Positions 1 to 9,119 of a stretch of DNA of 54,768 bases are shown piece by piece. The stretch spans positions 62,001 to 116,768 of the forward strand of contig CAUYUJ010000215.1 in the NCBI GenBank assembly GCA_963575745.1, read 5' to 3'. How positions within the stretch are numbered: the stretch's first letter is position 1; each line of letters opens with the position of its first letter. This stretch comes from Prorocentrum cordatum. Lineage: Eukaryota. A program made the position numbers and the translations under genes. Under the pieces are notes generated by a model, which searched no databases, was not told where the DNA came from, and worked only from the letters and a program-made list of their open reading frames with translations.

Positions 1-837
1 GGTATCCAGCTGGCGTCCATCACCGCTGCTTCGACTTCCAGCGGCGCCGCGCCTGATGGCGTTCCACCTCGGAATCCCAGTCGGCCCGTTTCCCCAAACC
101 GCGCGTGTATTTAGGAGTTCTTATTCAGTTTCTCGGGAACTGGGCCTGGCTGGCGGTCTGGCGGCTCCGCTCTCACCGTCGCCGCCCCGTCGCCGCCTCG
201 TCGCGGCTCGTCATTTGGGCGTGGCCAGCGGTCTGGCGGGTCTGCGCTCGCCGTCGCCGCCCCGCCGCCGCCTGCCCTTATTGTTCTTATTGTTCTGCGC
301 GGTCGCGGTTGGTCGCGCACGTCGCGGGTCATTTGGGGCGCGATGAATCGGAGGGAAACGGAACTCGGCGCCGCCAGGTGGCTGGAGGGAGCAGGTGGCG
401 CGGGGGCCTTTGTTTCCCCCCTCCTCTCAACCTCCCGGTGCTGCCGCCCACGTTGTTCCCGTGTCAGCGCGCGCTGTTTCGGATTGCGAACGGCGGCGAT
501 TTCAGCGCCGCGGATCGGCCGCGCTGGCCGCGACAAAAAACACGTTCTGGAGCCGCGATTGGCCAAGGCGGGGCAGCCTTTGACGTGCAGCTGCGAGCCC
601 CGGGAAAAACGCGCACCCACGCATTGGCCCCCTCGTGTAAATAACACCTGGGTCGCATCCGGCCGGTTCAACCCGTTGAGTCTTCAACGGGACGGGGAAG
701 GTTCAGCGAGGTTTCGAGGTGCAACGTCTGATCATTGTTGGCATCGCCACTGGCGTTTGCCCGTCGTGACCCCGCCACAAAGCCAGCCGATGGCCGCTCA
801 ATCTGGGCCGCCCCGCCCAACTGGTTAGAGTCAATAG

Positions 838-1112
838 GAAGAGGCGAGGAGGAGGAGGAGGAGGAGGAGGAGGAGGAAAGGAGGAGGAGGAGGAAAGGAG
901 GAGGAGGAGGGAGGAGGAGGAGGAGGAAAGGAGGAGGAGGAGGAGGAGGAGGGGGAGGAGGAAGAGGACGAGGAGGAGGACGAGGAGGACGAGGGGGACG
1001 AGGAGGACGAGGAGGACGAGGAGGACGAGGAGGACGAGGAGGACGAGGAGGACGAGGAGAAGGAGGAGGATGAGGAGGACGAGGAGGAGGAGGAGGAGCA
1101 GGAGGAGGAGGA
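838..1112. repeat. (GAG/GAC)n trinucleotide low-complexity tract
   Basis: Direct reading: long runs of GAGGAG and GAGGAGGAC. Confidence 0.95.
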
Positions 1113-1926
1113 ATATCAATAATAATAAGACTAATAAGAATAATACTAACAATAGAAAGAAGACGAATAAGACTACTAATAATAATAACACTAATATTAC
1201 GAGGAGTAATAATGATAATCGTAAGAAGAATACTAATATGCAAACACATCATACTACTGCTAGTAATAAGAAACACAAGAATACTACGAATCATAATAAC
1301 AATAATACTACGAATGCTACTAATAACAAGAGTAAGAATACGAATGCGAATCATAATAACACTAAGCATACTAATACTACGAATACTAAGAATAGTAAGA
1401 CTAATACTGATAATATTAATAATATGAAGAATAATAACAAGACGACTAATAATATACTGCGGAATAATACAACTAAGAATGCACATATTATCCATGATAA
1501 TAATAAGAGTGATAATATTCATAATGCTAAGAAGACGGCCAATAATACTAATAACATTACGATTAATATTTACATTCAGAAGGATAATAATAGTAATACT
1601 AAGAATGATCCTACGAAGAATAATATTACTACTATTACTGATACTATTAAGAATACTAATGATATCAGTAATACTACTACTACGGTTATCATTTCTGATA
1701 TTACTAATATTACTAATACTATTAAAAATACTAATAATGCTGATACTACAAGCACTACTAATACTGCTAGTACTACTATTACTAATATTATTACTAATAA
1801 TAATAAGAAGAATACGAAGGCTAAGAATAATAAGAATAATAATACGAAAAAGAAGAATACGAATAAGAAAACTAAACATAATAATAATAACAACAATACT
1901 AACAATACTAAGAAAAATAACAATAC

Positions 1927-1966
<40 letters not shown>

Positions 1967-1970
1967 AATA
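1113..1970. repeat. Degenerate AAT/ACT/AAG trinucleotide tract ending in (GAT)n
   Basis: AT-rich triplet-phased sequence; pure (GAT)n at about 1928-1965; flanked on both sides by GAG tracts. Confidence 0.9.
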
Positions 1971-1974
1971 AAGA

Positions 1975-2196
1975 TAGGAGGGGGAGGACGAGGAGGAGGA
2001 CGAGGAGGAGGAGGATGAGGATGACGAGGAGGAGGAAGGGGGTGACGGCGACGAGGGCAAAGAGGGCAAGGAGGAGGAGGAGGAGGAGGAGGGGCAGGAG
2101 TCAAGGATGTGGAGGAGGAGGAAGAGGAGGAGGAAAAGGAGGAGGAAGGGCGAGGGGGACAGTCCAGGAAGAGAAGGTGAAGGAGGAGGAGGACGA
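1975..2196. repeat. (GAG)n purine-rich tract, 3' flank of the LINE
   Basis: Direct reading. Confidence 0.9.
2181..2196. repeat. Candidate target-site duplication, left copy (AGGAGGAGGAGGACGA)
   Basis: Identical 16-mer at 2181-2196 and 9141-9156, directly abutting both element ends; low complexity weakens the call. Confidence 0.6.
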
Positions 2197-2390
2197 TGAT
2201 GCACGAGCCTCAAGCGGCGCGTGTGACCCGCCGCTCGCGCTCGCCGCGCGCCCCACGCGCGACGGGCTCGCGCTCTCAGCGAGCGCCCGCACGCCACGGC
2301 CCCTCGGGCTCGGCGTGCCGCCAGCGCGACGGCCTCACGGGCCACTCAGGCCGTCGGCCCGTCGCGCCAGGAGGAAGGGGAAGCTGGCCA

Positions 2391-5300
2391 TCACCCCTCA
2401 CTCCTGAGCGGGCTGATGGCCACCGCGACCTTGCCCGAGATCGCTGGGGCGAGCCGCCTCTCCAGGCGCGCCACGGCCAGCAGCCCCTTGGCCGACGCGT
2501 GGCCGCACGGCGGCGCGAAGCTGGAGGCCCTGGCCGCCCCCACGGCTCCGCAGGCGGCGCACGCGACCAGCGGCATGTCGCGGCGCAGCTCGACGTCACG
2601 CTCGGGCTCGATGCGCGCGAGCACGTGCGTGCTGAGCCCCCTGGCGGCCAGCTCGGCGTTGTGCTGGAGCGCCGCTGGCACGATGGTGCCTGGGCACTCG
2701 CCTGCGCGCTCCACCCAGCGGCAGCGGCTGCACCACCGCTTGCCAGGCTCCCCGCGCCAGGCACAGGAGAGCCTGGCGGCCGGCTGCGCCAGCAGCGCCT
2801 TCGGCGCGGGGCGCTGTGGCTTCGCCACGCGGTGGGTGGTGTCCCTGCCGTCCAGCGCGCCGCCCACCGCCGACACCCAGAGCGCGACGCCCTCGACCAG
2901 CTTGTCGGCCATGACGAGCCTCCTGCGATCCTGATGGCGGATCCGTCCTGCCGCCGCCGCCGACTTGGCGGCCTTGTCCGCCATGCCGTTGCCCAGCCAG
3001 TCGCGGTACGAGATCTTCCCGTGGGCGAGCATCGCCCTCTGCGTCTGGTGGGCGGGGACCTTCCTGACCTTCAGCCCGCCGTCGCCCAGGCCGCCGAAGT
3101 CCTCCAGCTTGGCCCAAACCTCCCTCCAGAGGTGGGCCCACGCCGCGCCGTGCGCGGTGGTGCGCCTCGGGCCCAGCTCCAGCAGGCCGCGGTGCACGAA
3201 GCCGCTGTCCACGACGACGGTGACGGGCGGCACCGCGAGCCTGAGGACCATCAGGAGCGCCATGAGCTCGCCGCCGTTGATGTCGACGTGGGGCTCGCAC
3301 AGCATCCCCGACGCCCCGCACAGGAAGGCGTCGGCGTCGGCCTCGAGCGCGATGACGGCCCAGGCGACGCTCGCGTACTGCTCGAAGTCGCCCTCGTACT
3401 GCGAGCCGTCCAGGTAGAGCTCGCCAGAGGGGAAGAAGCCGTCGCTCTCGCCCAGCCAGCAGACGTGCGGCGACGGGGCTGGCTTGACGATGCCAGTCGG
3501 CGCCGCCCACAGCACGCGCTCCAGCAGGCAGCGCACTTCGGGCATGTCCGACCTCGCCGCCAGCTCGCGCATCTTGTCGGGCAGCTTCAGCTCTGGCGGC
3601 CAACCTGCGCAGCTGCCACAGTGCCTGTGGAGCAGGGTGCCGACCTCGCCGCACAGCAAGCACGAGTCGTCAGAGGCCATGCCCTTCTCGTACTTGCGGC
3701 TCTGGCACCACTGGCCGTCGGTGACAACGGACGCGAGATACCCTCGCTCCTTCAGCGTGAGCTTGATGGATGACTGCTTGCCTTCCATGGGATTCGGCCC
3801 ATGGTCCATCTGCACCGTTGCTCGGCCATGGCGTGGCGACGCTGGCCGCTGCCCAGCGGGTCCTGACCTCTCGAGCACGGCAGAAATAGGCGACGTAGAC
3901 CCCTGGCCAGCGGGTCCTGACCTCTCGAGCTCAGCATGTGGCGACGCGAACGCTGGCCAGGGGGTTCTGACTCCGAGCTCAGCAAAGCTTGGCAACGACG
4001 ACCGCTGGACAGCGGGTTCTGACGCCAGCTCTGGGCAGACCGCCACCGCCATCGGAGGGACTGAGGCTGCGTCGGCGACACCAGCAGAGGCCACTGCGGC
4101 GCGCCTGGCAGGCGCCTCGTCGAACTGCTCCTCCGCGCTGATCATGGATCGCGCGTGCCGCTCCGCCTGCTCGTCCCACTCGTCAGGGTCCTGCTCTGCC
4201 AGCCGCTTCATGTTGGCGTGGTAGCGGGCTCTGATGCGCTTCCTGGCCGACCAAGCCGACTCGCAGAGGTCCTGGACCATCTTCAGCCTGGCCACGCCGA
4301 GGTTGTCGATGTCGAGGGAGCGCGCCGTCTCGGTGACTAGCGGCAGCCACGTGCCGTGCGCCAGCAGGTCGGCCACGTAGGAGACGCAGAGCCTCAGCCA
4401 GTGGGCCTTGTTACCATCCTCGTCGAGCGTGGCAAGGTCCTGGATCCAGAAGGTGGTGTAGGCCCTCAGCCGCTTCTCCAGCACCATCCGCGCGTACACA
4501 GCCGCCCTCCTCACAGGATCTTGATCCTTGGCCTCCATGACAGCCAGCTGCCGACCGAAGACGCCCTTGCGGCTGACGGCACCCGAGGAGGTCATCGTGA
4601 TCAAGGGCTCGATGACCCCCCCGCTCGCGAGGTGCTCCAGGCCAGGCCCTTTGCTAACCTCACGCCATTGCCACGCTTGAACTGCTCGCAGGAGAATGCG
4701 CTTGACCGACCACGGCCCCAGCTCGAAAACATGAATGTCGTAGCCCTCGTGCGTGCGCCACAAGGTAGGGCTCAGCACCTGCCAGCCAACTCTCTCGAGC
4801 GTGAGCCTCACCGCGCTGAAGGGGCCCTTGGCCTGGCTCCAGCTCGCAGCCTGGCAGCAAGTGAGGCCGTAGGCGATGATATGCTGCGGGATCCAGCACT
4901 CCCACGCCGCGCGCAGCATCATCAGCACTGGGAGCAGCGTGGCCCTGATCATCGGGTCCAGCATGGGCGTCAGCATAAGCGTCAGCGTGCGCGAGCGACC
5001 GTCCACGCTGGGGGCCACTGCCTTGAACGTCGCCGTGCGCAGCGTGTCCAGCTCCATGGTGGCGCAGCCCGTGACCGCGACGCCGTAGGTCACGCTGGGC
5101 TCGATCCCAGCACGGGCCACCTTGCGCACGGCCTTCTTGCGCCCAGCCCCAGTCTTCAGGATGGCCACGCGGCGCTGGCGTAGCCCTGCTTGAACCAGCT
5201 TCTCCTGCCGCACCTTGCGCACGATACGCTTGCCGCAGGCGAAGTCGACGCCCAGGTTGCGCTCGCCCTTGACGGAGAGCACGCCGAGGGGACGGCGCAG

Positions 5301-8300
5301 CCGAGCGGCCAGGGCGTGCCGGCCTGCTGGGAGGTTGGAGAGCGCCCTCGACTTCTTGACCGCCACGTTGAGGTCGACGTCCAGCAGCAGCATCTTGAGC
5401 TCGAACGCTGCCTCTGCCACCTCCTTAGTCACGCGCACGAGCCCGCCAACTCGGTGCAGCATGAGGTCGTCCACGACGACGGCCAGAGAAACTGTCGGGT
5501 GCTGTGCGACCAGGCGATCCAGCGGCCCGATCAGAATAAGCTTCAGCAGCGCCGTCGCGAAGCCATCGCCTGGGAGGATCGACTGCCTGGCCTCGATCAC
5601 GCTCGAGGCCGCGCTGCCCATGCAGAGGACCCGAGGCGCGCAGTAGAGCTCCAGCGTCAGCTTGAGCTGCCAGAGGGGAAACCCCGTGGCGATGGCGGCG
5701 TCCAGCAGCCAGTGGTGGCGCACCTGCTCGAACGCCTTGAGCAGGTCGAGCAGCACCGCCACGGCCACCCACGACTCGGCGTCCCCGCAGTCGGCACCGC
5801 GCTGCGTGGCCCACTCGCCGATCGCGGCCTGGTGCCACACCGCACGCTCGCAGCTGCGGCCAGCAGCTGCCCACCAGTAGGGGCGGTCGTTGTCTTGCTC
5901 CCACTTGCGCGCGACGCCTCGGCGCAGCCGCGCCTGCACCCTCGCCAGCACCATGATGACGGCGATGGGCCTGACGCCGCCGAGCCGCTTCTGGATGAAG
6001 CCGATCTTGGTTGTCATGAGCGGCCAGGCTGCTTCGCGCTCGACGGCCACCAGGATGTCGATCAGCACCTCCAGCGCTTCGTCGCACAGCTCGTCCAGCT
6101 GCCGCGGCCGAACGGAGCAGAAGGACATGCCCGTGCTGCCCTTGAACGAGCGCAGCACCTTGCGGAGCTCGGGGACCGTGGGCCTGGGCGGCCTCTCGCC
6201 GAGGTCGGCTGGCCACTGCAGCCGCGCTTGCTCGCAGGTAGTCCTCCACCAGCGGCTCCACTCGACCTCCAGCGCCGTGACCTGCTGCCCCAGGTCCATG
6301 GGCTCGAACAGCTGCTGGTGGTCGTCGGCGTCCTGGTCGTCCTCGGCGTCGCCGTGCGGGCTGGAGTCGAACCCGACGGGCAGGCGGGACACCGCATGTA
6401 GACCACCTCCACCGCCTTCGGCCTGCTTCTCGACCCAGTGCTGGAACTGGACGGTGCGCTGGGCCATGTCCTTCTCAGCCATGTCGAGCGCCACGGCTTG
6501 CGCCCCAGCGTGCAACTGCAGCAGCTCAGCGGGGGTCAGCGCCGCCAAGCGCAAGTTGCTAAGCAGCGACCACCATGCTACAGCTTGGGGCAACACCTGA
6601 GGGCAGGACAGAACCTCGCCAGCATCAGGTGCCGCCTTCACTGTGGCTGGGGCTCTGTCTAGCAGCCTACGCGCACCTCGAAGAGCGTCGAGACGCGCGT
6701 TGGGCTGCTCCACGTCGGCGATGTCCCGCAGCAGGCTGGCAGCACGGTGCATCCATGTCGCCTCAGCCGAGACCCGCGGCCAGCGCGCGCCACTCACGGG
6801 CAGCCGCCGAAGCCAACGTGGCTCCACGGGGCGAGCTCGCCCCTTGTGCTTGACCCTGTCCTCCTCGACCTGGTAGATGTCGATCCACTCGTCCTCGGCT
6901 GCGTCGAGGAACCTCTGCCATGCGGCGGTGAGGTTACCCTTGACGTCGGTGCTACCCTTGACCTGATCCCGCACACACTCCTCCAAGTGGCACGATCTTC
7001 CCTCGCTCGCGGGCCCCGCAACGGGCGGCGGTGAGGTCACACGGGAAACGTCCAGGCACTCCGACTCCTGCGCGCCTGCCAGCACGCTCTGCAGCTCGTG
7101 GCCGATCTCGGCCCAGCGGTCGCCGTGGGCGACGCGAGCACATCCAGCAGGCCGCTGGACAGGGAAGGGCTTGGGCACTGGCACGACCCGAACCCACGGC
7201 CGTTGGCGACACGCCTCCAGCTCCAGGATGACTGGCTTGTGCGGGTAGACGGGCGACCCGCTGACCACGCTGATGCTGGTCACCTTGAGCCCACGCGAGA
7301 CGATGAACATATCGATCGTCCGCTTCGACTGCGCGCAGGTGGGCTCCAGCGTGTCGACGACGACCGCATCGAAGAGCCGCAGCACGCCTGACTTGGCCAG
7401 CTCCTGCTTGGTACAGTTGAAGTCGCCCCCGACCACGTATGGGCGACCGTACTCGCGCAGCCTGCAGGCCAGGTCGCGCAGCATCTGGGCGTTGAACGCG
7501 TTGACGCCGACGCCTGACTGCAGGTAGATGTTGGCCATCACGATGCCGCCTCGCAGCAGCCCCGAGTGATGGAGCACTTGCACGCGCCCTTCTTGAAGCA
7601 CAGAAGGCCGCGACCCCAGCATGGTGGCAAGGCCATGCTCGCTGCGCACACAAGTGAGCAGCCCCCCAGTTGCCAGCCCTCCAGCCAGCGATGGCACCGC
7701 GGCAGCACCACATGCTCGAAGCCCTCGACGGCGAAGCTCCCCTTCAGCGTCCGCCGTGCGCGCTTCTCCCAGCCGCGTCTCTTGGAACAAAATTGCGTCG
7801 CAGCTCGTCAGCTCCTCGACCAGGCACTTGTCGATGTTCGAATACGCATTCATATTCAACGTGACGAAGCGCCAGGAGCTGCTGCGGCTAAAGCTTCCGC
7901 CGCTTGGCCTCCATCGCGGCGACGTGCTGTTGCTGCAGGTGGGCCTGTAACTCCTCGAGGAACTTCCGCTTCTCCGCGTCCGTGCCGATGAAGTCCTCCG
8001 CCGCGGCCTTGAAGGTGTCGCCCGTCGCGAAACCCAGGGGGTCGCCCTCCAGGTCCATGTCCTCGGACTCGCCCACGGGCTTCTCGGCGGCATCGTCGCC
8101 GGCCCCAGCGGCGGCGGCAGCGCGGCCTGCAGGTGCGGCTCCTCCTCCACATCCTCCAGCAGCGACTGGTTCAGGTGGCGCGGCAAGCGCGGACACACCT
8201 GCCAGCAGCGCTTGGAGAGGTCCCAGCAAGGACTCTGGAAGCTGGACGCCCTGGCTCTCCGAAGAGGTTCCCACGAGCGTCCTGAGCTTCTCCACGTTGC

Positions 8301-9119
8301 CGAGGATGCCGCTGAGATCTGCTCCTCCAGCAGCTGGCTTGGGCTCGGCGCCGTTGGCGAGCGCGGCCTTCGCCTTGGAGACGGCCTCGTCCAGCTCGAG
8401 CTGCAGCTGCGTGACCTTCTCCTTCTGTTGGAACGCTGCCTGCAGCGCCTCCGTAACCATCTTCTGCTTCTTGTTGTAGTCCGCCTTGGCCTGCTGGAGC
8501 CGCTTGCAGGCCTCGTCGGCTGCGACCTGCGCAGACTTGACGAACTTGACGTCGGACAGCACGCCCAGCTGCTGCTGCAGCAAGAAGCGCGACTGGCGCA
8601 GGCTGTGCTTGTCGCTGCCGGCCAGCGTGACGGACAGCAGCTCGAAGTCGTCGTCACTGAGGGCCATGAAGCGGTCGCGGGCCTCGGGCGAGAGCTTGGG
8701 CGGTTGCGCCCCCGAGCCCCCGCCACCTCCACGCTTCGGGTTGGCCATCGTATGCCAAGGGCGGGAGTCTGCACCTCCGCCCGCCCACGCCCCACGCGCT
8801 GGAGGAGGGCCAGAACGAGGAGCAGGTACACGATTGGTCGGCCTGCAGCCCGTGCACCCCGCTTGCCGACACTTCGCGCGCCAGCCCAGGTTCTTGTAGT
8901 GGCAGCGGTCGCAACGCCAACTCGTCCCCTGAACTGCGTCACGCGCTGCACCAGCGCCAGCGCCGCCGCCGCCACGAGGCTGAGGAGCCATGCCGCTGCG
9001 GCTCGGCACTGGACTGCCGAGCTCCTCACCTGGGGCGGACCAGGCCGAAAAGCTGAAAGACTTGCTGCGGCAGCAGCTTCCGATTTGCCTGGAGGCTGAA
9101 CAGCCTCCCAGGAAGTCAT
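2391..9119 (-). CDS. LINE ORF2 polyprotein: APE endonuclease (~7225-7870), reverse transcriptase (~5240-6150), CCHC zinc finger (~3610-3665), RNase H (~2960-3425), C-terminal Cys/His cluster. Recognisable domains begin near 7870; true start uncertain
   Basis: APE: FVTLNMN, FQETR, NIYL, GGDFN, TIDMF, PHKPV. RT: KRLGGVRPIAV, LLDLLKAFE, SILPGDGFAT, VVDD, NLGVDF. CLLCGEVGTLLHRHC. RNase H: YLDGS, GELMA, VVDSGFV, KVPAHQ, GNGMADKAAK. Confidence 0.93.
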   Translation of the reverse strand: MTSWEAVQPPGKSEAAAAASLSAFRPGPPQVRSSAVQCRAAAAWLLSLVAAAALALVQRVTQFRGRVGVATAATTRTWAGARSVGKRGARAAGRPIVYLLLVLALLQRVGRGRAEVQTPALGIRWPTRSVEVAGARGRNRPSSRPRPATASWPSVTTTSSCCPSRWPAATSTACASRASCCSSSWACCPTSSSSSLRRSQPTRPASGSSRPRRTTTRSRRWLRRRCRQRSNRRRRSRSCSSSWTRPSPRRRPRSPTAPSPSQLLEEQISAASSATWRSSGRSWEPLRRARASSFQSPCWDLSKRCWQVCPRLPRHLNQSLLEDVEEEPHLQAALPPPLGPATMPPRSPWASPRTWTWRATPWVSRRATPSRPRRRTSSARTRRSGSSSRSYRPTCSNSTSPRWRPSGGSFSRSSSWRFVTLNMNAYSNIDKCLVEELTSCDAILFQETRLGEARTADAEGELRRRGLRACGAAAVPSLAGGLATGGLLTCVRSEHGLATMLGSRPSVLQEGRVQVLHHSGLLRGGIVMANIYLQSGVGVNAFNAQMLRDLACRLREYGRPYVVGGDFNCTKQELAKSGVLRLFDAVVVDTLEPTCAQSKRTIDMFIVSRGLKVTSISVVSGSPVYPHKPVILELEACRQRPWVRVVPVPKPFPVQRPAGCARVAHGDRWAEIGHELQSVLAGAQESECLDVSRVTSPPPVAGPASEGRSCHLEECVRDQVKGSTDVKGNLTAAWQRFLDAAEDEWIDIYQVEEDRVKHKGRARPVEPRWLRRLPVSGARWPRVSAEATWMHRAASLLRDIADVEQPNARLDALRGARRLLDRAPATVKAAPDAGEVLSCPQVLPQAVAWWSLLSNLRLAALTPAELLQLHAGAQAVALDMAEKDMAQRTVQFQHWVEKQAEGGGGGLHAVSRLPVGFDSSPHGDAEDDQDADDHQQLFEPMDLGQQVTALEVEWSRWWRTTCEQARLQWPADLGERPPRPTVPELRKVLRSFKGSTGMSFCSVRPRQLDELCDEALEVLIDILVAVEREAAWPLMTTKIGFIQKRLGGVRPIAVIMVLARVQARLRRGVARKWEQDNDRPYWWAAAGRSCERAVWHQAAIGEWATQRGADCGDAESWVAVAVLLDLLKAFEQVRHHWLLDAAIATGFPLWQLKLTLELYCAPRVLCMGSAASSVIEARQSILPGDGFATALLKLILIGPLDRLVAQHPTVSLAVVVDDLMLHRVGGLVRVTKEVAEAAFELKMLLLDVDLNVAVKKSRALSNLPAGRHALAARLRRPLGVLSVKGERNLGVDFACGKRIVRKVRQEKLVQAGLRQRRVAILKTGAGRKKAVRKVARAGIEPSVTYGVAVTGCATMELDTLRTATFKAVAPSVDGRSRTLTLMLTPMLDPMIRATLLPVLMMLRAAWECWIPQHIIAYGLTCCQAASWSQAKGPFSAVRLTLERVGWQVLSPTLWRTHEGYDIHVFELGPWSVKRILLRAVQAWQWREVSKGPGLEHLASGGVIEPLITMTSSGAVSRKGVFGRQLAVMEAKDQDPVRRAAVYARMVLEKRLRAYTTFWIQDLATLDEDGNKAHWLRLCVSYVADLLAHGTWLPLVTETARSLDIDNLGVARLKMVQDLCESAWSARKRIRARYHANMKRLAEQDPDEWDEQAERHARSMISAEEQFDEAPARRAAVASAGVADAASVPPMAVAVCPELASEPAVQRSSLPSFAELGVRTPWPAFASPHAELERSGPAGQGSTSPISAVLERSGPAGQRPASPRHGRATVQMDHGPNPMEGKQSSIKLTLKERGYLASVVTDGQWCQSRKYEKGMASDDSCLLCGEVGTLLHRHCGSCAGWPPELKLPDKMRELAARSDMPEVRCLLERVLWAAPTGIVKPAPSPHVCWLGESDGFFPSGELYLDGSQYEGDFEQYASVAWAVIALEADADAFLCGASGMLCEPHVDINGGELMALLMVLRLAVPPVTVVVDSGFVHRGLLELGPRRTTAHGAAWAHLWREVWAKLEDFGGLGDGGLKVRKVPAHQTQRAMLAHGKISYRDWLGNGMADKAAKSAAAAGRIRHQDRRRLVMADKLVEGVALWVSAVGGALDGRDTTHRVAKPQRPAPKALLAQPAARLSCAWRGEPGKRWCSRCRWVERAGECPGTIVPAALQHNAELAARGLSTHVLARIEPERDVELRRDMPLVACAACGAVGAARASSFAPPCGHASAKGLLAVARLERRLAPAISGKVAVAISPLRSEG
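3845..4030. repeat. About 54-bp tandem repeat (3-4 degenerate copies) within ORF2
   Basis: CCAGCGGGTCCTGACCTCTCGAGC occurs twice 54 bp apart (LERSGPAGQ twice in the protein), with further degenerate copies. Confidence 0.75.
7888..8991 (-). CDS. LINE ORF1 (367 aa from ATG 8991): RanBP2-type zinc finger, coiled coil, C-terminal basic NLS-like motif
   Basis: WRCDRCHYKNLGWRAKCRQAGC fits W-x-C-x2-C-x3-N-x6-C-x(2-4)-C; heptad-like A/Q/K/E-rich helix; ends AKRRKL; GC3-rich codons; position upstream of the APE domain. Confidence 0.85.
   Translation of the reverse strand: MAPQPRGGGGAGAGAARDAVQGTSWRCDRCHYKNLGWRAKCRQAGCTGCRPTNRVPAPRSGPPPARGAWAGGGADSRPWHTMANPKRGGGGGSGAQPPKLSPEARDRFMALSDDDFELLSVTLAGSDKHSLRQSRFLLQQQLGVLSDVKFVKSAQVAADEACKRLQQAKADYNKKQKMVTEALQAAFQQKEKVTQLQLELDEAVSKAKAALANGAEPKPAAGGADLSGILGNVEKLRTLVGTSSESQGVQLPESLLGPLQALLAGVSALAAPPEPVAAGGCGGGAAPAGRAAAAAGAGDDAAEKPVGESEDMDLEGDPLGFATGDTFKAAAEDFIGTDAEKRKFLEELQAHLQQQHVAAMEAKRRKL

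Noticed and set aside
668..2407. Long ORFs of 445-478 aa rich in N/T/K or I
   Set aside because: Translations of triplet-phased simple repeats; open in several frames and both strands with no domain content.
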